Below, in pieces: positions 10,008-20,344 of a stretch of 60,867 nucleotides of DNA. Below the pieces are notes generated by a model. The model saw nothing but the letters and a program-made list of their open reading frames with translations, was not told the DNA's origin and searched no databases. The DNA is taken from NCBI GenBank assembly GCA_050177605.1, contig JBFXGX010000003.1, forward strand, positions 23,039 to 83,905, in the 5' to 3' direction. A program made the translations under genes and the position numbers. Each line of letters begins with the position of its first letter. The first letter of the stretch is position 1. Origin of the DNA: Candidatus Izemoplasmatales bacterium (GTDB lineage Bacteria > Bacillota_I > Bacilli_A > Izemoplasmatales > Hujiaoplasmataceae).

Positions 10008-11279
10008 TTATAAATGATAATGCTTTAGATAAGCTCTTGCCTCAGAGATGAAATAAAGTGATCCTGTAATGAGTAATATCTCATCATTCTTTAAGACGCG
10101 CAATGAATCAATTGCCTCTTTGAAATCGTGATGAAGATATTTATGCGGATGGTGACTTTCGTTCATTAAATCCTCTGCAGCTGCTCTTCGAGGATACTCA
10201 ATTTCAGTAAAGTGAAATTCACTTACAAAAGAATCAAACAAATTGATTACTTCCTGATGTTCCTTATCTTTCATCATACAGAACAAACATTTGATATGCT
10301 TATCAGGATAAATCATTTGAATCGACTTTTTTAAGGCAATCGCGCCACCTGTATTATGGGCACCGTCCAAAATAATTCCTGGCTCGACAATTTCAATTCT
10401 TCCTGGCCATTTGGTTTCTTTCAAGCCATTGTAGATTGCTTCATTTGACACATAAAACGATGATGTTTGATTCAAATACTCGATTACTTGGATTGCAAGA
10501 AGGGCATTTGTAATCTGGTGTTCACCAGGGAGTTGTAATTCAAAATGGTTACCTTGGTAATCAAATGAGGTTATTTCACCTACATGTTTATTAGATGCTT
10601 GTTCTAAAGAAAAAAAAATGCAAAGCGAGTTCTTTTTTTCGGTTTCACTTCTAAACAAAGGTTTTAAACTCTCTTGTTCTACGGTTGTAATGAGTGGAAT
10701 TCCTTGTTTTACAATACCGAGTTTATTCATCGCAATACTTTCTAAGGTATTGCCCAGTTGTTTCATATGATCAAACGAAATATTAGTAATAACCGATACC
10801 ATAGGTGTGATGACATTCGTCGCATCAAGTAATCCGCCAAGTCCAACTTCAACAATAGCTAAGTCCACTTGATGATCTCTAAAATATAGAAATGACATTA
10901 AAGTTAATATTTCAAAAAAAGTGATCGCGTCTTGGTATTCTTGATAGACTTGATTCCAAAGGACAAGCAACTCATTTGCATAATTCAGAACTTCTTCATC
11001 ACTGATAAACTCATCGCCAACGCCCATTCGTTCATTAAACTTTACGACGTAAGGAGAGGTATAAATTCCACAGCGATATCCAGCCTGTTTATAGGCATTT
11101 TTTAGGTAATTCGCTGTAGAACCTTTACCATTGGTTCCAGCCACATGAATCGACTTAAATTGTCGCTGTGGATGGCCAAGGATTTCACAAGCAATATTCA
11201 TACGATTTAAGTCGAGCTTATCTCCAAAACGATGAGAATTCTCGATCCATTCTTTCGCTTCATTAAAAGATGTAAACAT
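10008..11279 (-). CDS. folC: Folylpolyglutamate/dihydrofolate synthase
   Basis: HVAGTNGKGST, EVGLGG.LDATN, WPGR, LDGAHN, TGSLY. Confidence 0.95.
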   Translation of the reverse strand: MFTSFNEAKEWIENSHRFGDKLDLNRMNIACEILGHPQRQFKSIHVAGTNGKGSTANYLKNAYKQAGYRCGIYTSPYVVKFNERMGVGDEFISDEEVLNYANELLVLWNQVYQEYQDAITFFEILTLMSFLYFRDHQVDLAIVEVGLGGLLDATNVITPMVSVITNISFDHMKQLGNTLESIAMNKLGIVKQGIPLITTVEQESLKPLFRSETEKKNSLCIFFSLEQASNKHVGEITSFDYQGNHFELQLPGEHQITNALLAIQVIEYLNQTSSFYVSNEAIYNGLKETKWPGRIEIVEPGIILDGAHNTGGAIALKKSIQMIYPDKHIKCLFCMMKDKEHQEVINLFDSFVSEFHFTEIEYPRRAAAEDLMNESHHPHKYLHHDFKEAIDSLRVLKNDEILLITGSLYFISEARAYLKHYHL

Positions 11280-11280
11280 A

Positions 11281-13863
11281 TTATTTTTTCATTTCCTCTA
11301 AGCGTTCTTTCGTCTCATTAAACGCTTTCTGATAGTTTTCGTACTTCGTCTTTTCTTCTTCAATCTTGCTCTCTGGTGCTTTCGATAAGAAGTTTTGATT
11401 CGAGAGCATTCCTTTACTACGATTGATTTCCTTTTCTAAACTGAGTAATTCTTTTTCAAGCTTTTCTATTTCTTCTTCTTTATTGACTAGTTTTCCTAAA
11501 GGAATAAAGAGGGTAACCTCCCCAAGAATAACTGAAATAACTTGTTCCGTCAAAGAAAACTCTTCCTTGATTTCAAATACTTCTGGATTGATAAACTTAT
11601 CAATAAATTTCTTGTTTTCTAGTAAGAATTGCTTAACATCTTCACTAGATGTTTTAATATATAAATCGATTGGTTTTGTATAAGAAACATTATAGTCATT
11701 TCTTAACGTACGAAGTGATTTAATCATCTCGAAGAAAAAGTCTTTTTGAGTCGCTTCAGGATATACATTTTTGGCAATTTCTGGCCAACTTGATACCATA
11801 ATAGAGACTTCAGAGTGTGGCAACATTTGATAGATTTCTTCGGTAACAAATGGCATAAATGGATGTAATAATTTGATAATTCCCTTTAAAACGAATAAGA
11901 GTACGGCTTTTGTTTTCTTTTCTGTTTGAGATAATTTTGCCATTTCAATATACCATGAAGCAAAATCATTCCATGTAAAGTTATAGATGACTTTTGCGGC
12001 TTCAGTGAAATCAAAACTGTCAAAATAACGATCACTTTCTTGAATCATATCATTATAGCGATTAATAATCCATTTATCCGCAAAATCAAAGCCTTCATAG
12101 TCTAAATGGATTTCTTCTTCTAGCATGTCGCTTGTATTCATGAGGACATATCTCGAAATATTCCAAAGTTTGTTGATGAAGTTCCAACTAGATTCTACTT
12201 TTTCAACTTCGTAACGAAGATCAAGACCAGGACTTGAATTGGTTGAGATAAAGTAACGGAGTGAGTCTGCACCATATTGTTCGATTACTTCAATCGGATC
12301 CACACCATTTCCAAGTGATTTTGACATCTTTCTACCTTCTTTGTCACGAATCAATCCATGAATTAAACAATGTTCAAATGGACTTTTTTCTGTAAAATGG
12401 ATTCCTTGAAAAATCATTCTAGAAACCCAGAAGAAAATGATATCATACCCTGTTACGAGTACATTTGTTGGGTAAAAACGTTTGAAGTCAGGGGTAACTT
12501 CTGGCCATCCTAGCGTTGAAAAAGGCCATAAAGCACTCGAGAACCACGTATCTAAAACGTCCTCATCTTGAACCCATCCTTCTTCTGTTGGTGCAACTTT
12601 CCCACAGTAGATTTCATCACCTTTATACCATACAGGAATACGATGTCCCCACCATAATTGTCTTGAAATACACCAATCTTCGATACCTTCCATCCAGTGA
12701 CTAAATATTTTCTTAAACCTGTCAGGTACAAATTCAACAGTACTTTTTGCTAATGCATCATTTGCAAGAGAATCCATACGTACAAACCATTGTTTTGAAA
12801 GCCTTGGTTCAACAATCACGCCAGTTCTTTCGGAATGACCTACATTATGCTTCATCGGTTCTATTTTTACTAATAAACCAAGGGCTTCAATGTCTTTCAC
12901 AACTTGTTTACGACAAGCAAAACGATCCATCCCTTGATAAACATGGGCTAAATGATTCATCGTTCCATCTTCGTTCATACATAAAGGCATGTCCAAATGA
13001 TGTCTTTTACCAACTTGAAAGTCGTTTGGATCATGTGCAGGTGTTACTTTTACAACCCCTGATCCAAAAGTCATATCGACATATTCATCCGCAATCACTG
13101 GAATGACTGTTTTTGTTGTTGGAATATAGACTTTCTTCCCAATATACTGAAGATATCTTTCATCACTTGGATGTACCATCAATGCGGTATCTCCAAACAT
13201 CGTTTCAGGACGAGTGGTGGCAACAACTAACCCACCTTCACCTTCTACAAAAGGATAGGTATAATGATAGAACGCTCCATCAATTTCAAAATGTTCAATT
13301 TCAATATTTGAAAGTGCAGTTTTTGCTTCTGTATCCCAGTTAATAATTCGTTCGCCTTGATAGATAATCCCTTCATTAAATAACTTAACGAAGACAGTTT
13401 TAACCGCTTCACTTAGGCCTTCATCCATTGTAAATCTTTCTCTAGAATAGTCTAGAGAAAGACCTATAGAAGCCCATTGTTCACGAATAAATGCTGCATA
13501 TTCTTCTTTCCAACTCCATGCAACTTCAAGGTATTTTTCTCTTCCTAAATCATATCTACTGATTCCTGAAGCACGTAGTTTTTGATCAACTTTTGCTTGT
13601 GTCGCAATGCCAGCATGATCCATTCCTGGTAAATAAAGTGCATCATATCCTTGCATTCTTTTACGTCGTATAATAATGTCTTGTAACGTTGTATCCCAGG
13701 TATGTCCGAGATGTAGTTTACCGGTAACGTTTGGTGGAGGAATCACAATCGTAAATGGTTTTTTAGACATATCTCCACTTTCAAAAAGTTTGTTTTTCAA
13801 CCAAAAGTCATATTTATTCGATTCAACTTGTTTAAAGTCATATTTCGTGTTCATTTCTTTCAT
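11281..13863 (-). CDS. valS: Valine--tRNA ligase
   Basis: PPPNVTGKLHLGH, DWCISRQLWWGH, KMSKS, C-terminal coiled-coil arm; Val T-box upstream. Confidence 0.98.
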   Translation of the reverse strand: MKEMNTKYDFKQVESNKYDFWLKNKLFESGDMSKKPFTIVIPPPNVTGKLHLGHTWDTTLQDIIIRRKRMQGYDALYLPGMDHAGIATQAKVDQKLRASGISRYDLGREKYLEVAWSWKEEYAAFIREQWASIGLSLDYSRERFTMDEGLSEAVKTVFVKLFNEGIIYQGERIINWDTEAKTALSNIEIEHFEIDGAFYHYTYPFVEGEGGLVVATTRPETMFGDTALMVHPSDERYLQYIGKKVYIPTTKTVIPVIADEYVDMTFGSGVVKVTPAHDPNDFQVGKRHHLDMPLCMNEDGTMNHLAHVYQGMDRFACRKQVVKDIEALGLLVKIEPMKHNVGHSERTGVIVEPRLSKQWFVRMDSLANDALAKSTVEFVPDRFKKIFSHWMEGIEDWCISRQLWWGHRIPVWYKGDEIYCGKVAPTEEGWVQDEDVLDTWFSSALWPFSTLGWPEVTPDFKRFYPTNVLVTGYDIIFFWVSRMIFQGIHFTEKSPFEHCLIHGLIRDKEGRKMSKSLGNGVDPIEVIEQYGADSLRYFISTNSSPGLDLRYEVEKVESSWNFINKLWNISRYVLMNTSDMLEEEIHLDYEGFDFADKWIINRYNDMIQESDRYFDSFDFTEAAKVIYNFTWNDFASWYIEMAKLSQTEKKTKAVLLFVLKGIIKLLHPFMPFVTEEIYQMLPHSEVSIMVSSWPEIAKNVYPEATQKDFFFEMIKSLRTLRNDYNVSYTKPIDLYIKTSSEDVKQFLLENKKFIDKFINPEVFEIKEEFSLTEQVISVILGEVTLFIPLGKLVNKEEEIEKLEKELLSLEKEINRSKGMLSNQNFLSKAPESKIEEEKTKYENYQKAFNETKERLEEMKK

Positions 13864-13866
13864 ATA

Positions 13867-14340
13867 TTAATATTTCACTCCTTCTACTAATCCTTCTAAA
13901 TGATTATAATAAGCTTCAATCGCTTGAATGTTATCAATTGCGTGTATTTTTGGCAAATGGAATCGATCAAAATAAGCAAATTCACTCGACTCTTGATCAT
14001 TCACTCTTAGTGTGGAACCAATCACTTTTCCGACAAAAGAAAAAGCAAACACCTGTGCTTCATCGACTTCTCTCCATCGCATCATCGGATTTACAAATAC
14101 ACCAAGAAACTTTGTTAGTTCAATATCAAGATTCGTTTCTTCCTTGACTTCACGAATCGCACATTCTTCAATCGTTTCATCCAGTTCCATCAATCCCCCA
14201 GGTAGTCCCCATAAGCCATTATCTGTTCGGTGTTGTAATAAAACTTCATCAGCTTCATTTGTAATTACGACTGAACAAGCGTTAAGCATAATTTTTGAAT
14301 TTCCTACTTTAGAGCGAATAAATGCAATATAACTCTCCAT
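13867..14340 (-). CDS. NUDIX hydrolase
   Basis: Nudix box GGLMELDETIEECAIREVKEETNL; ATG at 14340 with GAAGGTGG RBS. Confidence 0.9.
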   Translation of the reverse strand: MESYIAFIRSKVGNSKIMLNACSVVITNEADEVLLQHRTDNGLWGLPGGLMELDETIEECAIREVKEETNLDIELTKFLGVFVNPMMRWREVDEAQVFAFSFVGKVIGSTLRVNDQESSEFAYFDRFHLPKIHAIDNIQAIEAYYNHLEGLVEGVKY

Positions 14341-14358
14341 ATTTCCACCTTCTTCCAT

Positions 14359-14575
14359 AAAAAAAAGCCCTCCTCATAAAGGACGACTTCGCGCGGTACC
14401 ACCTTTGTTTTAGCCATAGCTAACACTTAATTCCATTAACGTTGGACTGCGTCATAAGTTACTAATATTCACCTATGCTACTTCATGGCGACATTCCAAA
14501 ATCTTGTTGGTAGACTTGCACCTTCCGTCTACTCTCTTTTTTTCAGAGACTTTGTACTCTTCCACTTCATTGTAT
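14359..14575 (-). promoter_or_regulatory. T-box riboswitch leader, Val specifier GUC
   Basis: AG box AGAGA, apical GGUGCAA, specifier loop GAAU-GUC-G (14490-14492), T-box AAGGUGGUACCGCG (14392-14405), terminator with U-tract. Confidence 0.9.
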
Positions 14576-15257
14576 TTGATTTGTATTTTACCAAATTTTC
14601 TTCATATTGTAAAGACAATTCATGATAATTTTCTATGATAATAACTCCCGAACTTTCGGTTATCTTCATGAATGACAAGGCTAAATGTTCTTTGATTTTG
14701 GATACGATTTGATTGTACACATGAAAATGTAAATCATCTCGCCATGAATCAATACTTTTTTCATAGGTCATTAACTTATCGTGGTCATCAAGAAAAAGAA
14801 TATCGCCTAAAATAATTTTTCCAAATGGAGACAATTTATCGAGATAATAATGGATGAATTCAATCAACTCATCGAGTTCTAAATGCTGAATTCCAAACGT
14901 GCATACGATAAAATCATATTTTTGATGCGCTATTTCTTCAGGCATTCCAGATAGAAAATCATGTTCATAATAGGTTCCATTCGGAACTTTTAATTTTGCA
15001 ATTTCTAGCATATTTTTAGAAAAATCAATACCATCAAGGGTTAATCTAGCTGGCTCCATTTTGGTATATAATTCAGCTGTACCTATACCTAAATCGAGGA
15101 CTTTAATTTGATCAAGATGTTGATGAGAGGCCATATAATTTGCAATTGAATCTAGGAGATGATGATAATCTGCATAAGGAAAAAATCCTGATTTTTCATA
15201 ATCAAGTAAAAGAGAATCATAACTCGATGCGCTTTGATTGTAATATTCTTTTAACAA
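14529..15257 (-). CDS. Class I SAM-dependent methyltransferase
   Basis: VLDLGIGT motif I, GIDFS..ML, YDFIV. Confidence 0.85.
   Translation of the reverse strand: MLKEYYNQSASSYDSLLLDYEKSGFFPYADYHHLLDSIANYMASHQHLDQIKVLDLGIGTAELYTKMEPARLTLDGIDFSKNMLEIAKLKVPNGTYYEHDFLSGMPEEIAHQKYDFIVCTFGIQHLELDELIEFIHYYLDKLSPFGKIILGDILFLDDHDKLMTYEKSIDSWRDDLHFHVYNQIVSKIKEHLALSFMKITESSGVIIIENYHELSLQYEENLVKYKSNTMKWKSTKSLKKRE
14585..14613 (-). promoter_or_regulatory. Promoter of the Val T-box leader, inside the upstream CDS
   Basis: TTTACA-N17-TAAAAT with TG extension, just 5' of T-box stem I. Confidence 0.65.
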
Positions 15258-15275
15258 ATTAACACTGCCTTTTCG

Positions 15276-15857
15276 TTATAGAATGGTATCCAAATAGTTT
15301 AAAATTTCTTCACGATTTAACTTCGTAACCGAAGAGAAGATAAAATGAGTGTCTTCTTTGGTTAACTGTAACTTCTCAAAAATCCCTTTTAAAGACTTTT
15401 GACGTTGGTTGTTTGATAACTTATCCGATTTCGTGAAAACATAAAGAATCTTGATATTTTTGCTTTTTAAATATGAAATCATCAGTAAATCATCCGCTGT
15501 TGGAAGATGTCTGATATCAAGAAGTTGAATGACAAGCTTGATTTTAGAACTAGATTCAAAATAGGTTTCTATATACTTTTGAAACTTCACTTTCATCTCT
15601 TGACTAACATTCGCATAGCCATAACCAGGAATATCAACAAAATAGAATGAATGGTTAATTCTAAAAAAATTAATCAGCCTCGTTTTTCCCGGGGTTGCGG
15701 AAACTCTAGCAAGTTTTGAATGATTAAGAAGCGCATTAATAAAAGATGATTTGCCAACGTTACTTCTGCCAGTTAAGACAATTTCTGGATGGGTATCTGT
15801 AGGATATTGCGAAGGATTAACCGCACTTACAACGAATTCTACATTTTTAATAATCAT
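15276..15857 (-). CDS. engB: Ribosome biogenesis GTPase EngB/YsxC
   Basis: GRSNVGKSS, PGKT, DIPGYG, TKSDK. Confidence 0.95.
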   Translation of the reverse strand: MIIKNVEFVVSAVNPSQYPTDTHPEIVLTGRSNVGKSSFINALLNHSKLARVSATPGKTRLINFFRINHSFYFVDIPGYGYANVSQEMKVKFQKYIETYFESSSKIKLVIQLLDIRHLPTADDLLMISYLKSKNIKILYVFTKSDKLSNNQRQKSLKGIFEKLQLTKEDTHFIFSSVTKLNREEILNYLDTIL

Positions 15858-15867
15858 GAGGTTCCTC

Positions 15868-17043
15868 CTAAAATATTCTTAATACTGCGAGTTTTAGATA
15901 CAAACTTTCTTCACTACCGAGTAAAGTTGGGTGATCCGGTGATTGAATTCTGAAATCAATCATTTGGACAGTTTTATGTGCATCTTTTGCGCTCTCTTCT
16001 AGCATACTAAAAAAGAGTGCTGGTGTCAAATGTTGAGAACAGGAAGCGGTAATTAAGATGCCGCCCTTTTCAATCAATTTCATTGCTTGAATATTGATTT
16101 CTTTATATCCCCGATACGCATTTTCTAATTTATCTTTATTTTTTGTGAAGGCTGGTGGATCAAGAATCACAACATCATATTTTTTACCTTCAGCAAATTG
16201 ATTTCTTAAGTAATCAAAAACATTCGCGTTGATTACATCGATATCGAGATTATTTAACTTTGCATTGGCTTTTATTCTTTCACAAGCGGCACTGGATAAA
16301 TCGACCGCTTCAACATGAGATGCCCCAGCCATTTTGGCATGAAGAGCAAATTGACCAATATGAGAAAAAGAGTCAAGAACGACTTTCCCTTTAGCATATT
16401 TTTTTACAAGAAAGTGATTTTCACTTTGATCAAGAAAAGCACCCGTTTTTTGACCGTTTTTGATGTCTATTTGGATTTTTAATCCTTGTTCAACGACAGT
16501 TATTTCATCTGGAACAGTTCCATAAAGTACGCCCTTAAACTCAGATAACCCTTCCTTAACTCTAACAGAAACATCACTTCGTTCATAGATGCCAAGTGGA
16601 CAAAAGATTTGTGTTAGTAACCTGACAAACATTTCTTTTCTCTCTTCGACTCCGAGAGACAATACTTGGATGCTTAAATAGTCTCCATATTTATCGACAA
16701 TCAAGCCTGGAATAAAATCCGCTTCACCAAAAAAAGCACGATAATGACTAGAAAAACCTAATTCTAGTCGACGTTCATTCGCTTCATTTAAAAGTTTGAA
16801 AAAGAGAGCTTCATCGACTTCGATGTTTTCTCTCGTAATCAAACGCACGAAAATTTTTGAATAGGTGTTCAAAAACCCCTTTCCAAGAAATTCACCCTTG
16901 CTTGAAAAGACGCTTACAATATCTCCTGAGCGGATTTCGCCTTCAATTTTAAATACTTCATTGTTATACACCCAAGAATGACCCATTAATAATCGGTCTT
17001 CTTCATTTTTTTTGAGGATAATTTTCGTCACAGTTTTCACCAC
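15868..17043 (-). CDS. RlmI-like rRNA methyltransferase (PUA domain plus SAM MTase)
   Basis: GH.WVY PUA domain, GEAD..PGL.VD, GQKTG.FLDQ, ILDPPAF, SCS. Confidence 0.88.
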   Translation of the reverse strand: MVKTVTKIILKKNEEDRLLMGHSWVYNNEVFKIEGEIRSGDIVSVFSSKGEFLGKGFLNTYSKIFVRLITRENIEVDEALFFKLLNEANERRLELGFSSHYRAFFGEADFIPGLIVDKYGDYLSIQVLSLGVEERKEMFVRLLTQIFCPLGIYERSDVSVRVKEGLSEFKGVLYGTVPDEITVVEQGLKIQIDIKNGQKTGAFLDQSENHFLVKKYAKGKVVLDSFSHIGQFALHAKMAGASHVEAVDLSSAACERIKANAKLNNLDIDVINANVFDYLRNQFAEGKKYDVVILDPPAFTKNKDKLENAYRGYKEINIQAMKLIEKGGILITASCSQHLTPALFFSMLEESAKDAHKTVQMIDFRIQSPDHPTLLGSEESLYLKLAVLRIF

Positions 17044-18315
17044 CTATTTATGATAGATTGTTTTTGTAAATAATTCTTTTTTAAGACGAATCTTGAGTTC
17101 GTCTAAGTCAACAGTACTAAAATTCAATATCGTTTCCATTAATTCATCTAACAAAATCCCTTTTTGATCATAATCAGCAATTAGACCTGTACTATCTTGT
17201 GGGCTATTAAATAAATGGATAAATTGACCAATTAATTTTTTCTTTTGAACTTGGAATCTCGCATCATCAAGTGGCGTATCCTTCATCGCTTCAACCATTT
17301 CGAGCAATGCACGCGCAAGTTTATCTGGGTATTTTGTTTCAGCATAAAACATGAGGTGGGCATAACTAGTATCCATCGTCACAGAGAAATCAAAACTTTG
17401 ATTAATGAGTCTCATTTTCAAAAGTTTTTCGGTATATTCACTCGATTTAGAAAAATAATTATCGAGTAACAAAATGTACTTAAATTCTAATATCGCAATT
17501 TCTTTTTGGCTCATCCCCATCGTATCGAGTTTTGAAGATAACATTAGTAGACTTGTATGCATATCTTTCTTTTGACTGTGATAAGGAATCACTGGTGTTA
17601 AGTCTTCTTTATCAAAAAGCACGGTACACTTTTCGTTGATGTTTTCTTTTACAAGCACTTCAAAGGAATTCACTACTTCAATTGCCTCTTCTGGAAAAAA
17701 GTCACCTGAAAGCATTAAATAGGCATTAGATGGCAGATAAAAGAGAAGATATGCTTTCATTAGCTCTTCTTTAGAAATGAGATTAACATCTTCTTTTGTT
17801 CCTGCAATATCCGTACGAATCGGATGAGTAAGGTATAGTGACTTCATAGCGTCATAATAAAGGTTTTGTTCAAGTTCATCACTGTACATATCAATTTCGC
17901 TTTGAATAATTTTACGCTCTTTTTCGATTTGTTCATCATCAAAGGACGCACCGAAAACAAAAGATAAGAGTAAACGTAGTGGTTCATAGAACTCATCGAC
18001 TGTATTGAAATAATAGACTGTTTTATTCGTTGTAGTAAAGGCGTTGACAGAAGCCGATAACTCTGAAAACTTCTTCGGAATATCCATACTCGTATTTTCG
18101 AATAGCATATGTTCTAGGAAATGCGCTAAACCACTATGAAAAGACCCAAACTCTTCTTGATGCTGATAATGTTGATCAATGGATCCATAATTAATTTGGA
18201 GCATCGCTGTTTTTCTAGAAAAATCATTTTTCGGATAAAGATAAATCTTAAATCCTGAAGGAAGTGTATGAACATACATTTCTTCTCTTACATGATTCAT
18301 TGTAATCTTATTCAT
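17044..18315 (-). CDS. M16 family peptidase, YmfH-like, zinc motif intact
   Basis: GLAHFLEHMLF (HxxEH), NAFTT; probable start 18315. Confidence 0.88.
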   Translation of the reverse strand: MNKITMNHVREEMYVHTLPSGFKIYLYPKNDFSRKTAMLQINYGSIDQHYQHQEEFGSFHSGLAHFLEHMLFENTSMDIPKKFSELSASVNAFTTTNKTVYYFNTVDEFYEPLRLLLSFVFGASFDDEQIEKERKIIQSEIDMYSDELEQNLYYDAMKSLYLTHPIRTDIAGTKEDVNLISKEELMKAYLLFYLPSNAYLMLSGDFFPEEAIEVVNSFEVLVKENINEKCTVLFDKEDLTPVIPYHSQKKDMHTSLLMLSSKLDTMGMSQKEIAILEFKYILLLDNYFSKSSEYTEKLLKMRLINQSFDFSVTMDTSYAHLMFYAETKYPDKLARALLEMVEAMKDTPLDDARFQVQKKKLIGQFIHLFNSPQDSTGLIADYDQKGILLDELMETILNFSTVDLDELKIRLKKELFTKTIYHK

Positions 18316-19585
18316 CGAGAACGTCACCGCCTTCATAAATATGAATGGTGTCAAGTGTTACCGTCTTCGCGGCCATAATGATATCCTCGAGTTTCATATT
18401 TTCTATCTGATTTTTGATTTCGTCATTTCTGTCAGATACACCAAAAAGTTGATAGGAAACAAAATGTCGAGCAATCAGTTGACTTTCGGAGTCAAGAGAT
18501 TTTTTCATTCTCGATAGATATATCTTTTTTGCAAGGTCTAATTGTTCTTCGAGAATGTTTCCTTGTTTCACGTCTTCTAGAGCAGTTTTAACGAGTTCGA
18601 CTACTTCTGACTCCTCATGTTGTTTAATGCCTGCAAAAACAAAAAGAACGGATTTTGAGGAGACATACATGCTTGATACATAATAACTCAAGTGGTGTTT
18701 TTCTCGAATCGTTTGAAATAAGATTGATTGGTCGCTTTCTCCAAAAATAATATTGAATAAACTCATTGCATAATGGAGTGGATGTTTAGAATGAACGGTT
18801 GTACGAAAACCGATGGATAGTTTCGTTTGTGTGATATCGCCTTTTTCAACCACATATTTATTTTGTGGTTCAACCAGTTCATCATCAACAAACGAACCAC
18901 TGACTTGGTGGCTAGAAAGCGGTAAATACTTTTCAAGTGTAACCATCACAGAAGCGGGATCAATTTGCCCAATAATATAAAGTTCAATATGATCCTCATT
19001 CAGTACTTGATGATAATATTCACTAAGTTGAACTGACGTAACAGAATCTAAAGTTGAAAGGTCGCCCTTTGGATTAAATCGATATAATTCTTCAGGAAAC
19101 ATTTGATTTTTAAATAGTTCAAAACTATATTCTTGTTTATCATGATAGATGGCAATCAAATCATCGACAATCAGTCTTTTTTCTTCCTCGACAATACTTT
19201 TAAGAAACTTATTATTTCGTGTGAGTGGATGAAGCAAGACACTTGAAAGCAATTTGATTCCTTCATCAAAAAGGGATGTTTCTTCAGGAATGTATTCATC
19301 AGCACAAATACTCATATCAAATGAGATAATGCTTTGACTTCCGATTCGTCTCGTTGAACCATTGATTTCCATGCCATAAAGTTCTTCAAGTGCGACACTT
19401 AAACGTTTTTTATTCGGGTAATCCTTACTTCCTGCCAAAAGAACCCCTGGAAGCAACGATCTTTTATTAATCGTTTCTGCTTTAAAAGGGGCAATCATTT
19501 TGAGCGATATTTGGACAGTTTTAAATTTATTTAAAGGGATAAAAGTAACTTTCATCCCTTTTGATGTTATCAAAGTATGATTCAT
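18308..19585 (-). CDS. M16 family peptidase-like protein, YmfF-like, no zinc motif
   Basis: KFKT, LEELYG, S.LF..IREK..L.YY; lacks HxxEH; paired with the YmfH-like gene. Confidence 0.83.
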   Translation of the reverse strand: MNHTLITSKGMKVTFIPLNKFKTVQISLKMIAPFKAETINKRSLLPGVLLAGSKDYPNKKRLSVALEELYGMEINGSTRRIGSQSIISFDMSICADEYIPEETSLFDEGIKLLSSVLLHPLTRNNKFLKSIVEEEKRLIVDDLIAIYHDKQEYSFELFKNQMFPEELYRFNPKGDLSTLDSVTSVQLSEYYHQVLNEDHIELYIIGQIDPASVMVTLEKYLPLSSHQVSGSFVDDELVEPQNKYVVEKGDITQTKLSIGFRTTVHSKHPLHYAMSLFNIIFGESDQSILFQTIREKHHLSYYVSSMYVSSKSVLFVFAGIKQHEESEVVELVKTALEDVKQGNILEEQLDLAKKIYLSRMKKSLDSESQLIARHFVSYQLFGVSDRNDEIKNQIENMKLEDIIMAAKTVTLDTIHIYEGGDVLDE

Positions 19586-19634
19586 TTATTCTCCTAAAAA
19601 AGGGGGATGTTCACACATCCCATTCATTTCTTTA

Positions 19635-20342
19635 TTATTCAGCTAATTCCAATGCGATTTTCATCATATTGGTAAATGCAGATTGTCTTTCTTCGGCCGT
19701 TGTTACTTCATGTGTAACAAGTGAATCTGATACAGTAAGTAAACAAGCTGCCTGTTTACCGAGTACATTGGCATTGTGGAACAATGCGAATGATTCCATT
19801 TCTACAGCAATACAACCTTTTTTCTCAAAAATTGTTTGATGAGTGCTTTCACCTTCACGATAGAAAACATCGCTGGAATGAACTCTACCAACAATAAGCG
19901 GAATGTGTAGTTTCTTCGCAATCTTTTTAATTTTAGCATTGAGTAAAGGACTCGATTTAAGAACATGTTTTGATTCATTGTTTTGTGCTTTCGCAAAATT
20001 AGATTCTGACCAAGCATCTTTCACTAAAATCGTATCGTATAGTTTTAGGTCTGGTGAATAAGCGCCCGCAGAGCCAATACGAATGATTTTCTCGACATCG
20101 TAAAAGTTGAATAGTTCATATGAATAGATTCCAATCGATGGCATTCCCATTCCAGAACCCATGACACTGATTTTTCTTCCTTTATATGTTCCAGTATATC
20201 CAAACATATTACGAACATTGTTAAACTCAACAACATTTTCTAAAAATGTTTCAGCGATATACTTCGCTCTTAATGGATCTCCTGGCATTAATACAGTTGA
20301 AGCAATTTCATTCTTTTCTGCGTTATTATGTGGTGTCGACAT
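19635..20342 (-). CDS. deoD: Purine nucleoside phosphorylase, DeoD type
   Basis: TPH, PGDPLRA, GMGMPS, VEMES, TVSD. Confidence 0.96.
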   Translation of the reverse strand: MSTPHNNAEKNEIASTVLMPGDPLRAKYIAETFLENVVEFNNVRNMFGYTGTYKGRKISVMGSGMGMPSIGIYSYELFNFYDVEKIIRIGSAGAYSPDLKLYDTILVKDAWSESNFAKAQNNESKHVLKSSPLLNAKIKKIAKKLHIPLIVGRVHSSDVFYREGESTHQTIFEKKGCIAVEMESFALFHNANVLGKQAACLLTVSDSLVTHEVTTAEERQSAFTNMMKIALELAE

Positions 20343-20344
20343 GG

